Origin: the human T2T-CHM13v2.0 reference genome, Homo sapiens
Length of the DNA stretch: 64,000 bases
Assembly (NCBI RefSeq): GCF_009914755.1
Contig: NC_060930.1
Reading direction: 5' to 3' (one strand)
In this document: positions 53,501 through 64,000 of the stretch, piece after piece
Layout: the number at the start of each line of letters is the position of its first letter
How positions within the stretch are numbered: position 1 is the first letter of the stretch
Position numbers and translations under genes: made by a program
The notes under the pieces: generated by a model
The model's database searches: none
What the model saw: only the letters and a program-made list of their open reading frames with translations
Told to the model about the DNA's origin: nothing

Positions 53501-55682
53501 AGACACTCTGGGCACAGTAGGAGGCAGAACACAGCAATTGTGAGGCATTGGACGCAGTGCAGTCCTGTTAGAGCATAAAGAAAACCTAGACAAAACTCAG
53601 TTGACACCCGCCCATGAAGGGAACATTTAAACTGTCCCTGGCCAGAGGAAAATTGCTGATCCTAGCAGTCCAAACCTTGCCATGGAGGGATAAATTGCTC
53701 TGGGTCTCTAAGTAATCCTGAAATTACTCTAGGCCACAAAGACTGCAATACTTAGACAAGTCCTAGTGCTGAACTGGGCCCATAGACAGTGGACTTGGCA
53801 TGGGGTGGGGGGAAGCATGTGACAAGCTGAGACAGCAGCTGGGCCAGCAAAGAGAGTACTGGCATCACCTCTGCCTTAACCCCTGGCTACAAAGCTTAAG
53901 GTTCCAAAAGAGACCCTTTCCTTCTGCTTGAGGAGAGAAGAGGTAAAAATGGGGAGGACTTTGTCTTGCATCTCAGATACCATCTCAACCACAGCAGGAT
54001 AGAGCACTGGTCAGAGCAATGAGGCCTCCATTGCAGGCTCTAGCTCCTGGATGACATTTCTTGACACAACTTGGGCCAGAAGGGAACCCATTCCCTTAAA
54101 GGGAAAGACCCAGTCCTGGCAGCATTCATTTCCTGCTAACAGCCCTTTGGCCATGAATAACCAGCATCGATAACCAGGTCAATGGCCTTGGGTGAACCTC
54201 TGAGATGTACTGTCCTCCGGTAGCAGCACAGCCACAGAGGAGTAGAGCACCAACCAGGTTTTTGGGGTCCTTAATTCCAGGACTTGACTCTTGGATGGCA
54301 TTTCTCAACCTGCTTGACATCACAGATGAGCCCACTGCCCTGAAATGGCAAGGGTGTTCGCAGGCCAAGTAACATTCACCAGAAGCTGACTTAAGAGTTT
54401 ATGGGCTCTAAAGGAACATCAGTGATAGTCTGGCAATATTCTCTATGGCCTGTGGTGGCAGTGGCTACAGGATGAGGTATTTGTCCCTTTGGAAAGAGAA
54501 GGGAAGAGGGGAAGGACTGTATCTTGTAATTTGAATGTCAGCTCAGCTGTAGTACAGTAGAACACCAGGTAGATTTCCAAGATTTTTTACTGTGGTCCTT
54601 GACTCCCAGACAGCACTTCCAGACCCACTTCAGGCCTGATATAACTCAGCACCTTGAATGGAAAGATATTTGCCTGGCTGGCTTTGCCACTTGTTGATTG
54701 CAGAGAGAGCCTTGCAGGCTTGAGCAAACATAGGCAGTGGATGGAGAGTGCTTATAGCAGGCCTTGGGTGAGACTCAGTGCTGCGGTGGCTTCAGGTATA
54801 ATCTAGCACAGTCATAGTGTTGGTGGCCACAAGGGTACTTCTGTCACTCAACTCCCAGCTTTATGTGCCTCAGAACAGAGAGAGAGAAAGACTCTGTTTG
54901 CTTGAAAGAAAGGAAAGAGGAGAACAAGAGTCTCTGCCCAGTAATTCAGAGAATTATCTTGGATCTTGTCCAAGACAATCAAGAAAGTACCTCCACAAGT
55001 CCACAAGAACCACAGCATTACTGGGCTTGGAGTGGCCTCTACAGCAGCTCCAGTTTAGATCACAATACCCAAGTCGGTTAAATATCCAGAAAGTCTTTTC
55101 AAGAAGGACAGGTACCAATAAGCCTAGATAGTTAAGACTATAACATATACAAAACACTTTAATACCCAGACACTGAAGAACATTTATTAGTATCAACACC
55201 ATCCAGGAAAACATGACAGAGAAAAATTAAATAAGGCACCAGGGACCAATCCTGGAGAAACAGATATAGGCAAACTTTCAGACAGGAAACTCAAAATAGC
55301 TATTTGAGGAAATCCAAAGAAATTCAAGATAAAACAGACACATAATTCAGAATTCCGTCAGATAATATTTTTAAAGATTTAAATAATTAAGAGGAATAAA
55401 GCAGAAATTCTGGAGCTGAAAAATGCAAGGGGCATACTGAAGAATACATCAGAGTCTTTTAATAGCAGAATTGATCAAGCAGAAGAAAGAACAAGTGAGC
55501 TTGAAGACAGTCTATTTAGAAATACACTGACAGAGAAGAAAAAAGAAAAAAAATAAAAAACAATGAAGCACTGAGACATGACCTAGAAAATAGCCTTGAA
55601 AGAATAAATCTAGGTGATATTGGCCTTGAAGAGGAAGTACAAAAGAGATGGGGTAGAAAGTTTATTCAAATGGATAATAACA

Positions 55683-55986
55683 GGCCGGGCGCAGTGGCTC
55701 ATGCCTGTAATCCCAGCACTTTGAGAGGCTGAGGCAGGCAGATCATGAGGTCAGGAGATCGAGATCATCCTGGCTAACACAGTGAAACCCCATCTCTACT
55801 AAAAATACAAAAAATTAGCCAGACATGGTGGCAGGCACCTGTAGTCCCAGCTACTTGGGAAGCCGAGACAGGAGAATGGTGGGAGGCAGAGCTTGCAGTG
55901 AGCCAAGATCTCATCACTGTACTCCAGCCTGGGCAACAGAGCAAGACTCCATCTCAAAAAAAAAAAAAAAAAAGAAAGAAGAAAAA
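55683..55986 (+). mobile_element. AluY within L1 ORF1
   Basis: GAGATCGAGATCATCCTGGCTAACACAG and GAGCTTGCAGTGAGCC; short right-arm deletion; TSD AAA(T/A)GGATAATA(A/G)CA. Confidence 0.92.
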
Positions 55987-58463
55987 AAAAGGATAATAGC
56001 AGAGAACTTCTCAAACCTGCAGAAAACTATCAGTATCTAAGTAAAATAGGGTTATAGAACACCAAGCAGATTTAGTCTAAAGAAGACTACCTCAAGGCAT
56101 TAAATAAACTCCCAAAGATCAAGAATAAAGAAAGGATTATTAAAGCAGCAACAGAAAAGAAGTAAATAACTTACAATGAAGCTGCAATACATCTGGCAGC
56201 AGACTTTTCAGTGGAAACCTTACAAGCCAGGAGAGATTGGAATAACATATTTAAAGAGCTAAGGGAAAAAAACTTTTACCCTAGAGTAGTATAGCTAGTG
56301 AAAATATTCTTCAAACATGAAAAAGAAATAAACACTTTCCCAGAAAAACAAAAGCTGAGAGATTTCACCAACACCAGACCTGTCCTGCAAGAAATGCTAA
56401 AGAGAGCACTTCAATCAGAAAGAAAGGACATTAATGAGCAATAAGAAATCAAATGAAGGAAAAAAAATTCTCACTAGTAATAGTAAGTATACAGAAAAAC
56501 ACAGAATATTATAATACTGTAACTGTGGTGTGTAAACTACTCTTATCTTTAGTAGAAAGACTAAATGATGCACATACCAAAAATAATAACTAAAACAATT
56601 TTTCAAGACATAAACAGTACCATAAGATATAAATAGAAACAACATAAAGTTAAAAAGCAAAGGAAACAAATTAAAGCATATAATTTTTATTTTCTTTTTG
56701 CTTTTCTGTTTATGCAATCAGTGAAGTTTTTATCAGGTTAAAATTATAAGTTATAAGATAGTATTCATAAGTCGCATGGTAATCTGAAACCAAAAAATAT
56801 AAAATGAATACACAAAAATATAAAAAGCAAGAAATTAAGTCATCTCACCAGAAAAATATCACCTTCACTGGAGGAAGTCAGGAAGAAAAGAAAGAAGGAA
56901 GAGAAGACCACAAAACAACCAGAAAACAAGTAACAAAATGGCAGGAGTTTGTATTTATCAATAATAACATTAAATGCAAATGAACTAAACTCTCCAATCA
57001 AAAGACATAGACTGGCTGGAATGATGAAAAAACAAGACGTGTTGGTCTGTTGACTATAAGGAAAAAAACTTCACCTATGAAGACACACATAAATTGATAA
57101 TAAAGAGATTGAAAAAGATATTCCATGCCAACGGAAATGAAAATAAAAGATCAGGAGTCATTATACTTATATCAAACAAATAGATTTTCAGACAAAAACT
57201 ATAAGAAGAGAAAAAGGATGTTACTATATAATGATAAAGTGGTCAATTCAGCAAGAGGATCTAATAATTTTAAATATACATGCACCCAAAACTGGAACAC
57301 CCAGATATATAAAACAAATATTATTAGAGCTAAAGAGATAGGCCCCACTACAATAATAGCTGGACACTTCAATACCCTACTTTTAGCCTTGAACTAAACT
57401 TCCAGACAGAAAATCAACAAAGAAACATCAGACTTAATCTACACTGTGGACCAACTGGATCTAATTTATATTTATAAAACATTTCATTCAATAGCAGGGG
57501 AATACACATTCTTTTCCTCAGCACATGGATGATGTTCAAGGATACACCTTACATTAGGTAACAAAACAAGTCTTAAAACATTTTTAAAAATTGAAGTAAT
57601 ATCAACCATCTTCTTTGACCACAATGGACTAAAACTAGAAATCAATAACTAGAGAAATTTTAGAAGCTATACAAATATATGGAAATCAAACAATATACTC
57701 CTGAAGAACCAGTGGATCAATAAAGAAATTAAAAAGAAAATCAAAAAATGTATTGAAACAAGTGATAATGGAAACACATCATACCAAAACCTATGGGATA
57801 CAGCAAAAGTAATACTAACAGGGAGGTCTATAGCTGTAAGTACCTACCTCAAAAAAGAGGAAACACTTGAAATTAATAATCTAATGATGAATCTTAAAGA
57901 ACTAGAAAAGTGATAGTAAACTGAACCAAAAATTGGTATAAAGAAAGAAATAATAAAGATTAAAACAGAAACACATGAATCAAGAAAACAATTCAAAAGC
58001 TCAATGAAACAAAAGGGTGGTATTTAGAAAGGTTAAATAAAATTGACAAAGCTTTAGCCAGACTAAGATAAAAGGGAAGAAGATCCAAATAAATACAATT
58101 AGAAATTTTTTAAAAAGAGATATTACAGCTGATACTGCAGATGTAATGACTTCCAGGTGTTAAAAAAAAATTTTAAATTAGCAACTGTTACTGCAGAAAT
58201 TCAAAGGATTATCAGTGGCTACTTTGAGCAATTATATGCCAATAAATTGGAAAATCTAAAAGAAATGGAAAAATTTCTAAAGACACACAACCTACCAAGA
58301 TTGAACTAGGAAGAAATCTGAAACCCCTAAATAGACTGATAACAAGTAATGAAATAAAAGCCATAATAAAAAGCCTCCTAGAAAAAAACAAAAAAAAAAG
58401 CCCAGGACCTGATGGCTTAATTGCTGAATGCTACCAAACATTTAATGAAAAACTAATACCAAT

Positions 58464-60735
58464 TAATATGGTTAGGCTTTATGTTCCCACCCAAATCTCA
58501 TCTCTCATCATAATCCTCATAATCGCCACGTGTCAATGGAGAGACCAGGTGGAGGTAGTTGAATCATAAAGACAGTTGCCTCCGTGATGTTCTCATGATA
58601 GTGAGTTCTCAAAAGATCTGATGGTTTCATAAGGGGCTCTTCCCCCTTCACTCAGCATTTCTCCTTCCTGCCACCTTGTGAAGGTGTCTTGCTTCCCCTT
58701 TGCCTTCCACTATGATATTAAGTTTCCTGAGGCCTCCCCAGCCATGCCGAACTGTGAGTCAATTAAACCTCTTTCCTTCAGGAAATTACCCAAAGTTGGG
58801 CAGTTCTTTAAACCAGTATGAAAATTGACTAATACAGTAAATTGGTACAGAAGTAGTGGGGCACTACTATAAAGATATCAAAAAAACAATTTTGGAACTG
58901 GGTAACAAGCAGATGTTGGAACAGTTTGGAGGGCTCAGAAGAAGACAAGAAGATGTGGCCGAGGTGGTCTCAGATGGAGATAAGGAACTTGTTGAGAACT
59001 AGAATAATGGTGACTCTCACTATGCTTTAGCAAAGAGATTGGTGGCATTTTGCCCTGCCCTAGAGATCTGTGGAACTTTGGACTTGAGAGAGATGATTTA
59101 GGGTGTCTGGTAGAAGAAATTTCTAAGCTGCAAAGCATTCAAGATTTAACTTGTGTGCTCTTAAAAGCATTCAGTTTTATGCACTCTCAAAGAGATGATT
59201 TGGAATTTGAACTTATATTTGAAAGTGAAGCAGAGCATAAAAGTTTAAAATGTGCAGCCTGATGATGCAATAGAAAAGAAAAAAAAAGTTTTCTGGGGAG
59301 AAATTTAGGCTGGTGGCAGAAATTTGCATAAGTAGAGAGGTAATACAATTGTAAATTGCCAAGACAATGGGGAAAATTTCTTCAAAGCATGTCAGAGGTC
59401 TGCACAACAGCCACGCCCATCAAGTCCGGGAGGCCTAGGAGAAAAAAATAGTTTGATGGACTAAGCTTTGTGCAGTCTCAGGACTTGGTGTTCTGCATCT
59501 TAGCCATAGCTAAAAGGGGCCAATGTACAGCTCAAGCTGTTGCATCAGAGGGAACATGCCCCAAGCCTTGCTGGTATATTCATGTGTTAGGCCTTTCAGT
59601 GCACAAAAGTCAAGAACTGAGGTTTGGGAACCTCCAACTAGATTTCAGAGGATGTATGGAAAGGCCTGGATGTTCAGGCAGAGGTGTGCTGCTGCGACAG
59701 AGTCCTCATGGAGAACCTCTGCTAGGGCAGTGCAGAAGGGAAATATGAGGTCAGAGGCCTCACACAGAGACCCCACTGAGCACTGCCTAATGAAGCTGTG
59801 AGAAGAGGGCTACCATCCTCCAGATCCCAGAATGGTAGAGTCACTGACAGCTTGCACCATCCACCTGGAAAAGCTGCAGACACTGCAGACACTCAACACC
59901 AGTGAGGGAAAGCAGCCAGGACTAGGGGCTGTATTCTGCAAAGCCACAGGAGCAGAGCTGCCCAAGACCATGGGAGTCTACCTCTTGCATCAGCATGACC
60001 TGGATATGAGACATGGAATCAAAGGAGATTATTTTGGAGCTTTAAGATTTGACTGCCCTGCTGGATTTTGGACTTGCCTGGGTCCTGTAGCCCCTTCATT
60101 TTGGCCAGTTTCTCCCATTTAGAATGGATATACTTACTCAATGCCTGTAACCGCATTGTATCTGGGAAGTAACTAACTTGCTTTTGATTTTACAGGTTCA
60201 TAGGTGGAAGAGACTTGCCTTGTCTCAGATGAGACTTTGAACTTGGACTTTTGGGTTAATGTTGGAATGAATTAAGACTTTGGTGGACTGTTGGGAAGAC
60301 ACTGATTGGTTTTGAAATGTAAAAGGAACATGAGATTTGGGAGGAGCCAGGGTGAAATGATATGGTTAGACTTTATGTTCCCATTCAAATCTAATCTTGA
60401 ATTGTGATCCCCATAATCCCCATGTGTCAAGGGAGAAACCAGGTGGAGGTAATTGAATAATGGGGTGGTTTCCCCTATGCTGTTATCATGATAGTGAGTG
60501 AGTTCTCACAAGATCTGATGATTTTATAAGGGTCTCTTCCCCCTTCACTTGTTCACTCTTCTTCTTGCCACCTTGTGAAGAAGGTGCCTTGCTTCCCCTT
60601 TGACTTCTGCCATGATATTAAGTTTCCTGAGGCCTCTCTAGCCATGCAGAACTGTGAGTCAATTAAACCTCTTTCCTTTATAAATTACCCAGGCTCAGAA
60701 AGTTCTTTATAGGAGTATGAAAACACACTAATAGA
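58464..60735 (+). mobile_element. THE1D two-LTR MaLR element (LTRs 58464-58836 and 60358-60735, internal about 1.5 kb)
   Basis: T(G/A)ATATGGTTAG(G/A)CTTT…GAGACCAGGTGGAGGTA…CTAATA(C/G)A; both LTRs share the non-consensus GATATTAAGTT and TTTATGTTCCCA; flanks CCAAT/GCAAT. Confidence 0.93.
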
Positions 60736-62421
60736 GCAATCTATAGATGCAATGAAATCCTTGTTAAGATACCAATGACACTCTTCACACAAAAAAATTA
60801 TAAACTTTATATAGAACCACAAGAGATCCAGAATAGCCACAGCCATCCTAAGCAAAAAGAACAAAACTAGAGGAATCACATTACCTGACTTCAAATTATG
60901 CTACAGAGGTATGGTAACCAAAACAGTATGGTTCTGGCATAGAAACAGACACATAGACCAATGAAAGAGAATAGAGAACCCAGAAACAAATCCACACAAC
61001 TACAGAGACCTCATTTTCGACAAAGGTGCCAAGAACATACACTAGGGAACAGTCTCTTCAATAAACAGCACTGAGAAAACTGGATATCCACATGCAGAAG
61101 AATGAAACTATACCCCTATCTCTCACCATATAAAAAAACTCAAAATGGATTAAAGACTTTAATCTAAGACCTCAAACTATGAAACTACTTCAAAAAACCA
61201 CTGGGGAAAATCTCCAGGACATTGGTCTGGGAAAAAAAAATCTCTTGAGCAATACCCCACAAGCACCGGCAACCAAAGCAAAAATTGACAAATTGGATCA
61301 CATTACATTAAAAAGCTTCTGCACAGCAAAGGAAACAATCAGCAAAGTAAACAGACAACCCATAGAATGGGAGAAAATATTTGCAAACTATCCATATTAC
61401 AAGGAATTAATAACCAGTATGTGCAAGCAGCTCAAACAACTCTGTAGGAAAAAATGTACTAATTCAATAAAAAACTAGGCAAAAGGTTTGAATAGATATT
61501 TCTCAAAAGAAGACATGCAAATGGCAAACAGGCATATGAAAATGTGCTCAACATCATTTATCATCAGAAAAATGCAAATCAAAACTACAGTGAGATATGG
61601 CTTATATCCAAAAGATAGGCAATTTAAAATGGCTTATATCAAAAAGATAGGGAATAATAAATGCTGGTGAGGATGTAGAGAAAAGGGAACCTCCTTCCTT
61701 ATACACTGTTGGCAGGGATGTACCACATAGTTCAGCAATCCCACTGCTGGATATATACCCAAAAGAAAGGAAATCAGTATATCAAATAGATATCTGCACT
61801 CCCAAGTTGGTTGCAACACTGTTCACAATAGATAATATTTAGAAACAATCTAAGTCTTCATCAACAGATGAATGAATTTAAAAAAGTGGTAAACACAATG
61901 GAGTACTATTCTACCATTAAAAAAAAATAAGATCCTGTTATTTGCAGCAATATGGATGGAACTGAAGATGATTATGTTAAGCCAGACACAGAAAGACAAA
62001 CATCGCATGTTATCACTTATTTGTGGGATCTAAAATTCAAAACAATTGAACTCATGGACATAGACTAGAAGGATGGTTACCAGAAGCTGGGAAGGGTAGG
62101 GGGAGGGCTTGAAGGAAGGTAGGAATGGTTAATGTGTAGAAAAATATAGTTATAAAGAATGAATAAGACCTAGTATTTGATAGCACAACAGGGTGACTAT
62201 AATCAATAACAACTTAACTGTATATTTTAAAATAACTAAAACAGTACAACTGGATTGTTTGTAATTCAAAGGATAAATGTTTGAGGGGATGGATACCCCA
62301 TTCTCCATGATATGATTATTTCACATTTCCTGCCTGTATCCAAACATAACCACAAAACTTAAAAAACTCTCAGCACCCCACAGTCACTATGAACAGTTTT
62401 ATGGATCACTTCAAAAACATC

Positions 62422-62718
62422 AGCCGGGTGCAGTGGCTCATGCCTGTAATCCCAGCACTGTGGGAGGCCTAGGCAGGTGGGTGGCTTGGGCCCAGGAGTT
62501 TGAGAACAGCCTGGGCAACATGGCAAAACCCCATCTCTACAAAAAATACAAAAATTAGCCAGGTGCGGTGGTGCATGCCTGTGGTTTCAGCTACTTAGGA
62601 GGCTGAGGTGAGAGGATCACTTCAGCCCAGGAGGCAGAGCTTGCAGTTAGCTGTGCCATTGCACTCAAGCCTGGACAACAGAGCAAGACCTGTCTCAAAA
62701 AAAAAAAAAAAAAAAAAA
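62422..62718 (+). mobile_element. AluJb
   Basis: TTGGGCCCAGGAGTTTGAG…GGGCAACATGGCAAAACC…GAGGATCACTTCAGCCCAGG; A tail. Confidence 0.9.
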
Positions 62719-62907
62719 GGACAAACAAAAAACCTTCTGTGTATATTTAAGTACACATAAGTACATATTTCCTTTCCACAAATGATAGTATAGTAGTCAC
62801 ACTATTCTGAACCTTGCTTCTTTGAGTCTTTTTTGCAACAGCAGAACAATTATCTATTGCATTTAAGTATATTTAGACAAAAACATCCTTAGAATATTCT
62901 GGAATAG

Positions 62908-63192
62908 CTTACACCTATAATCTCAGCCTTTTAGGAGATCAAGGCAAGAGGATTGCTTGAGGCTAAAAGTGCAAGGTCAACCTGAGCAACATAGGGACAC
63001 CTAATCTCTACAAAGTTTTTAAAAAATAGTCTGGTGTGGTGACATGTAGCTCTAGTCCTAGCTGCTTAGGAGGATGGGGCAGGAAGAATACCATGAGCAC
63101 AGGAGCTTTAGATTACAGTGAGTTACGATCACACCACTGAACTCCAACCTATGTGACAGAGTGAGAAACTGTCTCTTAAGAAAGAAAAGAGA
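62908..63192 (+). mobile_element. AluJo/Jr, 5'-truncated
   Basis: Heavily diverged dimer; perfect 17-bp TSD AGAATATTCTGGAATAG (62891-62907 / 63193-63209). Confidence 0.88.
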
Positions 63193-63739
63193 AGAATATT
63201 CTGGAATAGTTGTGTAAAAGGACAGTAACCTTCCATGTTTTTTTAAAGGATTAAAAATTATGATCACCTTAATGTGTATTTTTATTTTAAAAAATGACGA
63301 AGAATGTAATTTTGCTCCGAAGTCATAATAGATCGGCGATAATTAGTTTTGTGATAATAGTTTTGAAATAATTGGCTTCAAAGAGTTTTTTTAATTATAA
63401 TAGTGTATAAGAAAAGATTCTTCAGTGATATTTTTACACAAAAATTGATTCTCCTGTCATCCAAAAGGCAAAGGTGTTTAAGCCGGTAGACTTCAGTCAA
63501 TAAGCTAAAGGAAGAAACAGTCAAGCATGAGGTTGAGGTAGGAAGTGAAACTTGAATAGCTTGGGAATAAAGACTTGACCACCTGACCTAATGCAATTAG
63601 CTTAGAGAAGACTTAAGCTGAGGCCTAATCAGTAGGTGATAGAAGCAGGGGGTTAGGGATATGGAGAGTTGATTCCTCATGGACCTGATTGTTTAAAAAG
63701 ACTTTTCTAAATCCTCAAAATCTTCCTCAGAAGTCTTTT

Positions 63740-63862
63740 ACCTCTAGTGCTCCTACCCTGTCAGTTACACAAAACCATGGGCTCTGGGATAGGCATCTAC
63801 TATCATGTTTGCTTATATAGTAGACATCTGGTTAACATATGTTGGCCACATGAATGAACAAA
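63740..63862 (+). mobile_element. L2 3' tail fragment
   Basis: GCTTATATAGTAGACATC…ATATGTTG…ATGAATGAA. Confidence 0.45.
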
Positions 63863-64000
63863 AGGAAAATGCTGGTATCTGCATACTTGACAGCAACTTT
63901 AATAAAGTTGAACATTGTCCTCACTGTTAATGTTTAATACAATCTCATGCACTTGATTTTATGGGCCTTCTGGGAGAAATAGGCCTAATATGTTGTTAAC

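Larger units (their letters stand above)
53155..62366 (+). mobile_element. Near full-length L1MA1/2-type LINE with AluY and THE1D insertions and an RT-core deletion
   Basis: 5' start AAGACGGTAGAATAGAAGGCTCCACC; ORF1 region 55.2-56.4 kb (GCAGACTTTTCAGTGGAAACC); endonuclease from about 56.9 kb; [10 protein letters not shown]; 3' end AAAGGATAAATGTTTGAGGGGATGGATACCCCATT. Confidence 0.92.

Noticed and set aside
53269-53607. His-rich ORF (SHHTTSSHRFTSHHFTSHH)
   Set aside because: Translation of the antisense minisatellite inside an L1 5' UTR.

Overview
Primate (human-like) genomic DNA: AT-rich, CpG-depleted and dominated by interspersed repeats (roughly 40% L1 by my rough tally). I found no intact protein-coding gene, RNA gene or CRISPR array. 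Nearly all listed ORFs are decayed retroelement or transposon frames, or chance ORFs. Main elements: an LTR12F-type 5' LTR with a tRNA-Pro PBS at the left edge; a MER41B solo LTR retaining both GAS motifs; a near full-length Tigger1; two near full-length L1MA-age LINEs (17.5-25.8 kb minus, 53.2-62.4 kb plus); an internally deleted L1PB; a full-length HERV-L provirus (MLT2A1 LTRs; gag-pro-pol-dUTPase remnants) inserted in an MLT1C LTR; a two-LTR THE1D; about 12 Alus; and many old L1M/L2/MIR/MLT fragments. I see no convincing novel biological system. The best leads are TE-derived regulatory candidates (STAT sites in MER41B, a DUX4-like site kept only in the HERV-L 5' LTR) and several local rearrangement scars. 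Subfamily calls come from remembered consensus sequences, not a database search. Coordinates of old elements are approximate.
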